A stretch of 54,360 nucleotides of DNA from a bacterium (GTDB lineage Bacteria; Patescibacteriota; Patescibacteriia; S139-126), in assembly GCA_030666865.1 (NCBI GenBank), contig DAOUWZ010000005.1:1-54360 (forward strand), in the 5' to 3' direction. Positions 7,836 through 16,366 of this stretch are shown in pieces (the stretch's first letter is position 1; every line of letters starts with the position of its first letter). The position numbers and the translations under genes were made by a program. Below the pieces are notes generated by a model. That model saw nothing but the letters and a program-made list of their open reading frames with translations. It was not told where the DNA came from and did no database searches.

Positions 7836-9227
7836 ATGCGGACAAAATATAAAAATCATTATTTCACGCAGTCAGATATTTCCACTTTTGACTTAGATCA
7901 AATTTATATGGTGAGCTCGCTGTGGCATGATAATGGCATGAAAAATCATATTGGTACTTTTGATTTAATTATTAGAGATATGCCTAAAAATAGGAATTTT
8001 TTGGTTTTTACCGGATTGGAAGAAATAATAATGGGTATTAAATCGTGGCGTTATACTGATTATGATATTAAATTATTATTGCATGAGCAATTAATCAGCA
8101 AATCATTTGCGAAATATTTGAAAAAATTTAGATTTACCGGCACTATGCATGCCATGCCAGAAGGAACAATATTTTTTCCTGGCGAAACAGTAATCAGAAT
8201 TAAAGCGCCATTAATACAAGCGAATTTATTAACAGCTTTTTTGATAACGTCTTTGTCTTCAAATACAATTTTTTCCACTAAATTTATTCGTAGTGTATTA
8301 GCAGCTAAAGGCAGGAGTGTAATTGGTCCTAGTCCAGTCAGAGCGCATGGTTTTGAATCAGCTTTTAAGGCGCAACGAGCCGCTAGTATTGTTGGTAGTG
8401 ATAATGGTCCCTCGCCAATATTTAGAAGTAAGTTCGGTTTAGACAAGGGCAATCCAGCTACTATTGCTTATCATGCTTATATAAAATCATTTCCATCTGA
8501 ATTTGAAGCTATGAAAAAAGCTAGTGATTTTCTTGAATTTGATTTATCTCTGATGATTGATACTTATGATATTAATCAAGGACTTAAAAATGCGATTAAA
8601 ATAATCAAAGAACGCGAGCAAAAGGGCAAAGGGACAAAAATTGTGATTAATAGTGGTGATTTATCTAAGTTATCAAAGATGGTTAGAAAAAAATTGGATC
8701 AAGCTGGCTGTCAAACTACATCAATTACCGTAGCTAGTAATTTGGATGAGTTTAAAATCAAAAAATTGATTGACCAAAAATCACCAATTGATACATTTAT
8801 AGTTGTTACTGAAGTGGTTACTTCATCAGACGATCCTAGACTGGAAGTGGTGTATAAATTGGCTCAAGTTGATATTGGTAGTAAGAAAGTATATAAAATG
8901 AAATTAGCTGAAGGTAAAATGAGTTATCCAGGCAGTAAACAAATATATCGAGTTGTTAAAAATGGTAAATATAGTAAAGACGTTATTGGGTTAGATGGAG
9001 AAAAATTAGGAATACCGTTGTTGAAAAAATACATAACAAATGGCAAAGTTAATTTTGGTTACCCGTCAGTAAGCAATATAAGAAACTATGTTAGCAGAGA
9101 AATTAATAAATTCCCAGCGAAATATTCGGAAATTGATAAAAACTATATTTATCCGGTAAAATATAGTAAAAGGCTGGAAAAATTGGTAACAGAAGTAAAA
9201 CAAAAGATAATAAATCAATATCATTAA
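7836..9227 (+). CDS. Nicotinate phosphoribosyltransferase (PncB/NAPRT)-family protein, divergent paralog 1
   Basis: FTGLEE, AMPEGT.FFPGE, DTYD, SGD, SNLDE, VYKL, SYPG.KQ. Confidence 0.85.
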   Translation: MRTKYKNHYFTQSDISTFDLDQIYMVSSLWHDNGMKNHIGTFDLIIRDMPKNRNFLVFTGLEEIIMGIKSWRYTDYDIKLLLHEQLISKSFAKYLKKFRFTGTMHAMPEGTIFFPGETVIRIKAPLIQANLLTAFLITSLSSNTIFSTKFIRSVLAAKGRSVIGPSPVRAHGFESAFKAQRAASIVGSDNGPSPIFRSKFGLDKGNPATIAYHAYIKSFPSEFEAMKKASDFLEFDLSLMIDTYDINQGLKNAIKIIKEREQKGKGTKIVINSGDLSKLSKMVRKKLDQAGCQTTSITVASNLDEFKIKKLIDQKSPIDTFIVVTEVVTSSDDPRLEVVYKLAQVDIGSKKVYKMKLAEGKMSYPGSKQIYRVVKNGKYSKDVIGLDGEKLGIPLLKKYITNGKVNFGYPSVSNIRNYVSREINKFPAKYSEIDKNYIYPVKYSKRLEKLVTEVKQKIINQYH

Positions 9228-9228
9228 T

Positions 9229-9339
9229 ATGAGTAGAAAAAAATTGAAAAAAAGATTAGTTAAAGTTGTTTGGATTTTAGTAGCGGCTATGGTTACATTT
9301 ACCATGGTTTTATGGACTTTAGGCGCTTCTTATTTTTAA
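9229..9339 (+). CDS. Small membrane protein, 36 aa (MSRKKLKKRLVKVVWILVAAMVTFTMVLWTLGASYF), not in the ORF track
   Basis: Fills the gap between neighbouring genes exactly; basic N-terminus plus one TM helix (DUF4044/Prli42-like layout). Confidence 0.65.
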   Translation: MSRKKLKKRLVKVVWILVAAMVTFTMVLWTLGASYF

Positions 9340-9344
9340 AATAT

Positions 9345-9986
9345 ATGGAAGAAGTATCATCATATTTTCAAAAAAAATTAAAAGATGACGAAGAAATTAT
9401 TTTATTTGTCCGTCCTTATGGTCTGGTTTATTTTTGGTGGTTTTTGTTATCTTTTGTTTTGATTGGAGGATCTTTGTATTATTTATTTTATTTGTTGGAT
9501 TTTGGTGTTTTTGGAAAAATAATTTTTTTGGCAATTTTTATTTTAGGAATAGCTACTTTGGTTAAGACATTAATAATTTGGCGGTTTTCTGCAGTAATGA
9601 TTACCAATTTCCGAGTAATTGATTTTGACAGACATAGTTTATTTGTTCGGCAAATATCTGAAGCGCCTTTTTATAATATTCAAGATATAACTTTGGAACA
9701 AAAAGGTTTTTGGCCGATGGTGTTGAAATTTGGAACTATAAAGATACAAACTGCTGGTTCAAATAACGTTTTAGAATTACAGCATATAAAAAATCCCAAG
9801 GAAGTCCATGAAGTTTTGGTTGAAATTCATGGAGAGAATAATAGCAGAAAAAAGAGTATAAATAATGATTGGGCAAAAGATGAACGATTGCATGATTTAT
9901 TTAGGATTTTGGAAAAAAAGAAACAAGAAATTGGTAAGGAGAAATTTGCCAATTCTATTGATGAATGGTTAAGGAAGAATAAATAA
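9345..9986 (+). CDS. Bacterial PH-domain membrane protein
   Basis: Two TM helices, then ITNFRVID...IQDI...FGTIKIQTAG...IKNP; start moved to ATG 9345. Confidence 0.8.
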   Translation: MEEVSSYFQKKLKDDEEIILFVRPYGLVYFWWFLLSFVLIGGSLYYLFYLLDFGVFGKIIFLAIFILGIATLVKTLIIWRFSAVMITNFRVIDFDRHSLFVRQISEAPFYNIQDITLEQKGFWPMVLKFGTIKIQTAGSNNVLELQHIKNPKEVHEVLVEIHGENNSRKKSINNDWAKDERLHDLFRILEKKKQEIGKEKFANSIDEWLRKNK

Positions 9987-10093
9987 CATAATTTTGTTTA
10001 TCCATTTGGTTTAGGATGATTTTTTTTGTATAATATAATCATGCCTTATAGATTTGATTTGTTATTAATTTGGGTGGCAAATGGAGGAATTTT

Positions 10094-10256
10094 ATACCCC
10101 TTCGCTTTAATAATTTTGCGTATATAAAAAACAGTAAATAGTTTTTTCTAATAGCTTATAATTTGGGATCATATTTAGCTACGGGGTATTACCTGCCCGC
10201 CGTACAAAATTTTGGCAGGCGGGTACGAATTTATTTAAGCAAAGTTGAGTATAAAT
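10094..10256. repeat. Composite palindromic repeat, homologous to 106-209
   Basis: ATACCCC...AGCTACGGGGTAT, then a family-A variant, then tail TACGAATTTATTTAAGCAAAGTTGAGTATAAAT. Confidence 0.65.
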
Positions 10257-10263
10257 ATAATTT

Positions 10264-10668
10264 ATGAATAAGAATCAAAAAGAGTTTTGGTTAAAAAAAG
10301 TTTTTCATTCATCGTGGTTTTTTGCAATCATTTTATTTTTTCTAATAATATTTTCCATCTCATTAGTAAATGAAATGATGAGAAAAGTAGAGATTCAAAA
10401 TGAAATTGATAGTTTGGAAAAGCAAGTTCAGGAATTAGAGGATAATAATTCTGAACTTGAAGTCATGATTAACTATTTTCAAACAGAAGAATTTATAGAG
10501 AAAGAAGCTAGAACCAAATTAGGCTACAAAAAAGTCGGTGAATCGGTTGTTTCAGTGCCAAAAGGCCAAAACTATAATTTAGATTATTCAATTGAAGAAA
10601 ATAAAAACTTGTCAGTCAATAAAGAAAATTGGCAATTGTGGTTAGATTATTTTTTTAATAAAAATTAA
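10264..10668 (+). CDS. Septum formation initiator (FtsB/DivIC family)
   Basis: TM helix plus coiled coil plus FIEKEARTKLGYKKVGE. Confidence 0.9.
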   Translation: MNKNQKEFWLKKVFHSSWFFAIILFFLIIFSISLVNEMMRKVEIQNEIDSLEKQVQELEDNNSELEVMINYFQTEEFIEKEARTKLGYKKVGESVVSVPKGQNYNLDYSIEENKNLSVNKENWQLWLDYFFNKN

Positions 10669-10677
10669 GTAAAACAT

Positions 10678-12003
10678 ATGGATGAAAAAGATATTAAAAA
10701 AGAGGAGGAAAATATTAAGGATAATATAAAGAATAAGGATATTGGTAAAGCAGGAAAGCTGGAAAAAAAATATAATGAGGAGAAATATAAAGAGATAAGA
10801 AAAAATGTTTTAAACGCATTGACTAAAGAAGCAGCCGCAAAAAAGTTGGCTAAAACTAAAATAATAGAAGTAAAAAAGAAAGAATTAAAAAAAGATGATA
10901 AAAGTTTAGAAATCAAAAATATAAAAGATAAATCATTAAAAATAAATATGAATGAAATTATAAATAAATTTAAAAATTTTATCTCTAAAAATACTGCTAA
11001 GAAAGCGGAAGATAAAGATGATAAGAAGGCGATTGAAAAGAGTGATAAGAAAAAAACCCACCCAGTCAGAATGATGGTGCTAAGCGCCTTGGTTGCAATT
11101 GTATTGTTTGTGGCAACTTTAGGAGTAGGTATTTATTTTTTAAATTGGCATAATAGCGGACTAAAAAAATTAGCCGTATACTTGCCATTTCCTGCTGGGG
11201 TAGTTTTTGGGGATATTATTAAAGCTAATGATTATTGGCAAGATATTGATACTTTAACACATTTTTATAATTATCAAGTATCACTGGGTAATTTCAAAGA
11301 AGTGCCATCAGAAAGCGAGATAAAAAATATTGTTTGGGATAGATTGGTTAATGTAAAATTAATGGAACAGCTGGCAATAGGGTATAATATACAGATAACA
11401 AAAGAGCAGGTTGATTTAGAGGTTGATAAATTGGTTAATGAAACTGGTAATCGTGATATGCTGTCTGATAATTTGTATGAATATTATAAGTGGGATATTG
11501 ATACTTTTATTATCAAAGTTATCAAGCCTTATTTGTTGGAACAAAGAGTTGTAGAAAGGTTAAGATCTGAAAATGATTATACTGATCAAGTTAAAGCCAA
11601 AGCTGAAAGTATATTGCAAAAAGCTTTAGCTGATCCAGATAGCTTTGCTGAATTAGCCAAGGAACATAGCGCTGATGTTGTTTCTGCTCAAAGAGGAGGG
11701 GATTTAGGCTATTTTAATAAAGGGGTGATGGAAGAAAATTTCGAAAATGCTGTTTTTTCCATGGAAATTGGTGAAATTAAAGGTTTGGTTGAGTCTAGTT
11801 TTGGCTATCATATTATAAAATTGGAAGATAAAAAAGTTCACGAAGATAATCCAGAAGATATTCAAGTAAAAGCTAGTCATATTTTGATTATGCCGTTATC
11901 AATTAATGAAATTGTTGAATTGAAGAAAAAAGAAATGAAAATTATAAGATTTTTGGACAAGAAAATAGATAATGCAGTTGATAATAATGAATTAGAGGAA
12001 TAA
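10678..12003 (+). CDS. Parvulin-type peptidyl-prolyl isomerase (PrsA/SurA-like)
   Basis: FAELAKEHS, GGDLGYF, SSFGYHII, KASHIL; Lys-rich N-terminus and TM anchor. Confidence 0.9.
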   Translation: MDEKDIKKEEENIKDNIKNKDIGKAGKLEKKYNEEKYKEIRKNVLNALTKEAAAKKLAKTKIIEVKKKELKKDDKSLEIKNIKDKSLKINMNEIINKFKNFISKNTAKKAEDKDDKKAIEKSDKKKTHPVRMMVLSALVAIVLFVATLGVGIYFLNWHNSGLKKLAVYLPFPAGVVFGDIIKANDYWQDIDTLTHFYNYQVSLGNFKEVPSESEIKNIVWDRLVNVKLMEQLAIGYNIQITKEQVDLEVDKLVNETGNRDMLSDNLYEYYKWDIDTFIIKVIKPYLLEQRVVERLRSENDYTDQVKAKAESILQKALADPDSFAELAKEHSADVVSAQRGGDLGYFNKGVMEENFENAVFSMEIGEIKGLVESSFGYHIIKLEDKKVHEDNPEDIQVKASHILIMPLSINEIVELKKKEMKIIRFLDKKIDNAVDNNELEE

Positions 12004-12071
12004 AAAATATTTTCAAAGTATAAGCTATTTAGGTATTATACAATAAGTCTATTATAAAAAATAATTCATAT

Positions 12072-13181
12072 ATGCCAAGAGTATTAATTTTTTCATTTTT
12101 TGTATTTTTTTTCTGGGTAAACGCAGTAAATGCAAGTGACCTCAGCACGTTTGTTTATATTAGTGAGGATGCTTTGCAGTCAGGACAAGTTATTTCATTG
12201 ACTGATTTAGCATATTTGGATATTCCAGCGGGTTCACTCAATCATTCATCTAGAATAAGTTTGGCAAAAAGCGAACAATCATCTGAACTGTCTGAAGATT
12301 TTATTTCAGATGTATTTTCCTGGCAAATTTTAGATGCTGAAATTAATACTTCCTTGTCTCTAGTAATTAATAATAAATTTGTAGAATCTTTCATTTCTGT
12401 TTATAAAAAAGTTGATAATGGCTGGGAAGAGGTGAGTTACGAAAATACAAATAACGGATACAAAATATTAATAACTGACTCTTTTGGCAGTATTGTTATA
12501 GCTGAAAAAAATTTTTTTGAATATAGCATAGTGCTTGATGCTGAAACAGTAGCAAAAGGGTATCCAGTTAAGACTCCAGATGGATATTTTGAGTTTCATA
12601 TTTTATCAGGGGTTTTTTCCAAAGAAATAACTGTTAATATTAAGTCTTTATCCTCGGAAGTGTATTCACCTAATGCTGGTTTATCGGTAAGTTCGCCAAT
12701 TTATTATTTTTATATTGATAGTGATGAAGACATAAATAAAGATTTAGCAATTGATATAAAATTTATTCAAGGTGATGAAAATAACAAAGAAATATATTAT
12801 TGGGATAACCAGAACTTAACTTGGCATATTTCTCCTTCAGAAACTAATTATACTGATGGGGTAGTCAGGACTTTTACACATCAGAAAGAGATGATTATTG
12901 GGGTATTTTCTGGTAAAATAATGGAGGAAGGTGTGGCTAGTTGGTATGCATGGAAAAATGGAGATTTTGCTGCTTCGCCAGATTATCCCAAAGGAACAAA
13001 ATTGAAAGTTACAAATATTGCTAATAGGGAAAGTGTAATAATAACGGTTAATGATTATGGACCAGATCGAAGCATCCATCCAGAAAGAGTTATTGATCTT
13101 GATAAAGTAGCTTTTAATAAAATAGCTAATCCCAGAATGGGTTTAATAGATGTGTCAGTTGAACTGATATATTTTAAATAA
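12072..13181 (+). CDS. Secreted protein with C-terminal RlpA-like double-psi beta-barrel
   Basis: Signal peptide; GVASWY...VNDYGP...RVIDLDK.AF. Confidence 0.85.
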   Translation: MPRVLIFSFFVFFFWVNAVNASDLSTFVYISEDALQSGQVISLTDLAYLDIPAGSLNHSSRISLAKSEQSSELSEDFISDVFSWQILDAEINTSLSLVINNKFVESFISVYKKVDNGWEEVSYENTNNGYKILITDSFGSIVIAEKNFFEYSIVLDAETVAKGYPVKTPDGYFEFHILSGVFSKEITVNIKSLSSEVYSPNAGLSVSSPIYYFYIDSDEDINKDLAIDIKFIQGDENNKEIYYWDNQNLTWHISPSETNYTDGVVRTFTHQKEMIIGVFSGKIMEEGVASWYAWKNGDFAASPDYPKGTKLKVTNIANRESVIITVNDYGPDRSIHPERVIDLDKVAFNKIANPRMGLIDVSVELIYFK

Positions 13182-13182
13182 A

Positions 13183-13863
13183 ATGATAAAATTTAGAAAT
13201 GTTACAAAAAAATATCCACCTGACGTTTGGGCAGTGAAAGATCTGACGTTGCAGATTAATCCCAAAGAGTTTGTTTTTATTGTTGGTCAATCCGGCACAG
13301 GCAAGTCAACTTTGGTGAAGATGATTATTGCTGAGGAAAAGTCCACCAAAGGAAAAATAATAATTGGAGATTGGGATATTACTAATATTAGACAAAGTGA
13401 ATTGCCTTTATTAAGGAGGCAGATTGGCGTAGTTTGGCAGGATTTTAAACTTTTACCGAAAAAAACAGTTTATGAAAATATCTCATTCGCACTAGAAGTC
13501 TGCGATGCTACTCCAGAACGCATTAGGAAAGTTGTACCGCAAGTGATAAAGATAGTAGGATTAAATAACAAAGCAGACAGATTCCCTCATCAATTATCTG
13601 GTGGTGAACAGCAGCGTTTGGTAATTGCCAGAGCCCTAGTGCATAAACCGAAAATTTTGATAGCAGATGAGCCAACTGGTAATTTAGATGCTATTAATAC
13701 CCAGGGAATAATTGAAATATTGAGTAAAATAAATCAACTAGGAACTACTGTTATTTTAGTTACCCACGATCGGGAAATAGTAAATAATCAAAAAAGACGA
13801 GTAATTACCATGGATGGCGGTGAGATTATTTCTGACCAATCTGAGGGTAAGTATATGCTTTAG
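13183..13863 (+). CDS. ftsE: Cell division ABC ATPase FtsE
   Basis: GQSGTGKST, LSGGEQQR, ADEPTGNLD; lies upstream of ftsX. Confidence 0.93.
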   Translation: MIKFRNVTKKYPPDVWAVKDLTLQINPKEFVFIVGQSGTGKSTLVKMIIAEEKSTKGKIIIGDWDITNIRQSELPLLRRQIGVVWQDFKLLPKKTVYENISFALEVCDATPERIRKVVPQVIKIVGLNNKADRFPHQLSGGEQQRLVIARALVHKPKILIADEPTGNLDAINTQGIIEILSKINQLGTTVILVTHDREIVNNQKRRVITMDGGEIISDQSEGKYML

Positions 13864-13951
13864 AGAAGTATAAAGTATCATGTATAGATTTGGAAATTAA
13901 AAATATATTTCTATACCTAACAACTTTAACCTTTAACCCATAACCCAAAAA

Positions 13952-14869
13952 ATGATTTTAGTTTCATTTTATAGAGTAATAAAATTTGCAATCAGGAATT
14001 TTTGGCGAAATATTTGGTTAGCAATTGTGACTACAACAATAATTACCATGTCATTATTTGTGGTAACTGTTTTAATATCTCTAAATTTGGTTATTGATCA
14101 AGCTATTCATACTTTACATGAACAGGTTGATGTTAGTATTTATTTCAAGCCAGATATTAGCGAGGATACAGTGAAAGAGTTTCAATCCAGCTTGCAAGAT
14201 ATTAGCGGTATCAAAGAAGTTGTTTACATATCAAAAGGGGAGGCGCTTGATTCTTTCAAAGAAAAATATAAGGACAATAATGTCATTTTAGAATCTCTGG
14301 AAGAATTAACAGATAATCCGCTTGGTGATACTTTGATAATTCAAGCTCAGTCTATTGATGATTATGATATGGTTTTGGCAATACTTGATAGTGAAGAGTT
14401 TTCCAAATTTGTTCAGGAAAGGAATTTTCAGGATTATGATATGATAATTAGCAAAATTAATGAGATTAGCAGCACTATCAATCGGATTGGATTTTTCTTG
14501 AGCATTTTGTTTTTTGCCATAGCTGTTTTGGTTACTTTCAATACTATTCGGATAGCGATCTATACTTATCGGGAAGAGTTGGCAATAATGAGATTGGTTG
14601 GCGCTTCTAAGACTTTTATTGAATGGCCGTTTTTTGTTGAAGGAATTTTTTATGCGTTTTTAGCAGTTATTATTAATATCATGATTATTTATCCTGTTAT
14701 TAACGCTATTCAGCCATTTTTAGGCAGTTTCTTTGGTGAGAGTGCGTTGAATCTTACTAGTTATTTTAATAGCAATTTTATAAAGATATTTGGAACTGAA
14801 TTATTAGTAACGATTTTCATTACTACAGTCAGTTCTTGGTTAGCGGTGAGAAAATATTTGAAAACTTAA
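13952..14869 (+). CDS. ftsX: Cell division permease FtsX
   Basis: NFWRN, NPL, FNTIRIAI..REE..IMRLVGA, PFFVEG. Confidence 0.93.
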   Translation: MILVSFYRVIKFAIRNFWRNIWLAIVTTTIITMSLFVVTVLISLNLVIDQAIHTLHEQVDVSIYFKPDISEDTVKEFQSSLQDISGIKEVVYISKGEALDSFKEKYKDNNVILESLEELTDNPLGDTLIIQAQSIDDYDMVLAILDSEEFSKFVQERNFQDYDMIISKINEISSTINRIGFFLSILFFAIAVLVTFNTIRIAIYTYREELAIMRLVGASKTFIEWPFFVEGIFYAFLAVIINIMIIYPVINAIQPFLGSFFGESALNLTSYFNSNFIKIFGTELLVTIFITTVSSWLAVRKYLKT

Positions 14870-14893
14870 ATTGATTTCGTAATAATAAGAGAG

Positions 14894-14925
14894 CCACATG
14901 GTAAACCACGTGGTAAACCACGTGG
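14894..14925. repeat. Tandem 12-bp palindromic repeat (CCACGTGGTAAA) x ~2.7
   Basis: CCACATGGTAAA CCACGTGGTAAA CCACGTGG. Confidence 0.7.
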
Positions 14926-14936
14926 GTATTTGGCGA

Positions 14937-14965
14937 TTGACTTTTTTAAAATTATTAGTTAATAT
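14937..14965 (+). promoter_or_regulatory. Putative sigma70 promoter for the tRNA locus
   Basis: TTGACT-17 bp-TAATAT. Confidence 0.45.
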
Positions 14966-15020
14966 ATCAAAAGCGTGAATCTTTGCGCTTTTTATTAATT
15001 AATTATTATTCCTTTTTTTG

Positions 15021-15050
15021 TCCCCCTGATAAGGGGGAATTAAGGGGGTT
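15021..15050. repeat. CCCCCTGATAAGGGGG-type palindrome (family B)
   Basis: Second copy at 50292-50342, interrupted there by a family-A palindrome. Confidence 0.7.
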
Positions 15051-15054
15051 ATAT

Positions 15055-15127
15055 TCGGAGATCGTCTAATGGCCCGCCCGCCATCGCAAGTATGAGCTTG
15101 CTTAGGCATTGCGGGCGGGTAGGACAC
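15055..15127 (+). pseudogene. tRNA-Gln 5' fragment, copy 1, interrupted by a 47-bp palindromic insert (15073-15119)
   Basis: TCGGAGATCGTCTAATGG[CCCGCCCGC...GCGGGCGGG]TAGGACAC. Confidence 0.85.
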
Positions 15128-15148
15128 TAAGTTAAATTTGTTTATTAT

Positions 15149-15209
15149 TCGGAGATCGTCTAATGGTAGGACACCTGGTTTTCCTGCCTGCCGGCAGGCA
15201 GGGGTCCAG
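15149..15209 (+). pseudogene. tRNA-Gln 5' half, copy 2, with a 20-bp palindrome inserted in the anticodon loop
   Basis: TCGGAGA...CCTGGTTTT[CCTGCCTGCCGGCAGGCAGG]GGTCCAG. Confidence 0.9.
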
Positions 15210-15216
15210 AAAATAT

Positions 15217-15477
15217 ATGTTATATTATGTTTATATATTAAAAAGTATTTTTAAGGAAAATTGGTCTTATGTAGGTAGCACTGATAATCTTGAGAGAAGA
15301 TTTAAAGAGCATAGTTGTGGTAAAGTAAGATCAACAAAAGGAATGAGGCCATTAAAATTAGTTTTTAGTGAGTCATTTAAAACAAGAGAATTAGTTTTAG
15401 AAAGAGAAAAATATTTAAAATCAGGAATCGGTAGAGAAGAGAAAAACAATATTATAAACCATTCGGAGATCGTCTAA
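15217..15477 (+). CDS. Small GIY-YIG nuclease family protein
   Basis: YYVYILKS...SYVGST.NL.RR..EH, REKYLKSG.GRE; last codons and stop lie inside the tRNA 5' end. Confidence 0.9.
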   Translation: MLYYVYILKSIFKENWSYVGSTDNLERRFKEHSCGKVRSTKGMRPLKLVFSESFKTRELVLEREKYLKSGIGREEKNNIINHSEIV

Positions 15478-15536
15478 TGGTAGGACACCTGGTTTTGGTC
15501 CAGGCAATCGGGGTTCGATTCCCTGTCTCCGAGCCA
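15463..15536 (+). tRNA. tRNA-Gln (anticodon TTG), CCA encoded
   Basis: Acceptor TCGGAGA/TCTCCGA, anticodon arm CCTGG-TTTTGGT-CCAGG, T-arm CGGGG-TTCGATT-CCCTG, ends GCCA. Confidence 0.97.
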
Positions 15537-15614
15537 TCAACATTTTTTATCGAGCGACCGAGAGGCTTCAGATTATCAACGTCTTAAGGTTCTAGACCGA
15601 GCTCGAATATGAAT

Positions 15615-15646
15615 ACAAAAACGTGAATTTAGGTTCACGTTTTTGT
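15615..15646 (+). terminator. Hairpin/terminator downstream of the tRNA
   Basis: ACAAAAACGTGAA / TTCACGTTTTTGT perfect 13-bp stem. Confidence 0.6.
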
Positions 15647-15694
15647 GTTTTAAGGTTATACTATAAATAATAAGGTTTAATATAAATTAATTCT

Positions 15695-16363
15695 ATGGAT
15701 GTTAGTACTATAATACTCTCAGTAATAAAAAAGATTTGGCCATTAATATTTTTAGTATCATTGGTTTATTTGTTTACTGAATTATACCCAGTATTACGTA
15801 CTCGTTGGAAAAGAAGTAAGAAATTCAGAGAAGGTGAGAATTGGCGTTCTGATAGGGAACTTTTGCAATGGTTAAGAAAGTTAAGACCATCTGAGTTTGA
15901 GCATTATATATCTAAGCTTTTTTCTAGTTTAGATTATATTACTGAAACAGTAGGAAAGTCTCATGACGGAGGTATAGATGTAATAGCTAAGAAAGATGGT
16001 AAAACTCATTATATTCAATGTAAGAAATTTATAACTTCTGAAGTTACTCTGGGTGATGTACGTGATTTTTATGGCGCATTAGCTGATTATTTAGCTGATG
16101 GACAAGGTTATTTTATTACTACTAATAAATTTACTCTAGAAGCTCGTAAATTTGTTGAAGATAAGCCCATTGAGCTGATTGATGGATTTGAACTAATTCG
16201 TTATATAAAAATGTCTAAAAGCGACGATATAGTCACAGAACCACCTTTGACTAAAAAAACATGCCCTCAATGTAAAGGGCAGTTAGTTGAACGTACTGGT
16301 AAGTACGGTAAGTTTATTGGTTGTGCCAATTATCCTAAGTGTAAATATACTGAAAAGTTATAA
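15695..16363 (+). CDS. Mrr-family restriction endonuclease with N-terminal TM helix and C-terminal topoisomerase C4 zinc finger
   Basis: EFE..I..LF, DGGIDV, IQCKK, VRDFYGA, IELIDG; CPQC...GKFIGCANYPKC. Confidence 0.88.
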   Translation: MDVSTIILSVIKKIWPLIFLVSLVYLFTELYPVLRTRWKRSKKFREGENWRSDRELLQWLRKLRPSEFEHYISKLFSSLDYITETVGKSHDGGIDVIAKKDGKTHYIQCKKFITSEVTLGDVRDFYGALADYLADGQGYFITTNKFTLEARKFVEDKPIELIDGFELIRYIKMSKSDDIVTEPPLTKKTCPQCKGQLVERTGKYGKFIGCANYPKCKYTEKL

Positions 16364-16366
16364 AGA

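Noticed and set aside
14894-15209. Possible CRISPR array
   Set aside because: The repeats are tRNA fragments and short palindromes without regular unique spacers; no cas operon, and the Cas4-like gene at 28714 is solitary.
15163-15216. Extended start of the GIY-YIG ORF (MVGHLVFLPAGRQG...)
   Set aside because: This is translation of the tRNA fragment and palindrome; ATG 15217 matches the family start.
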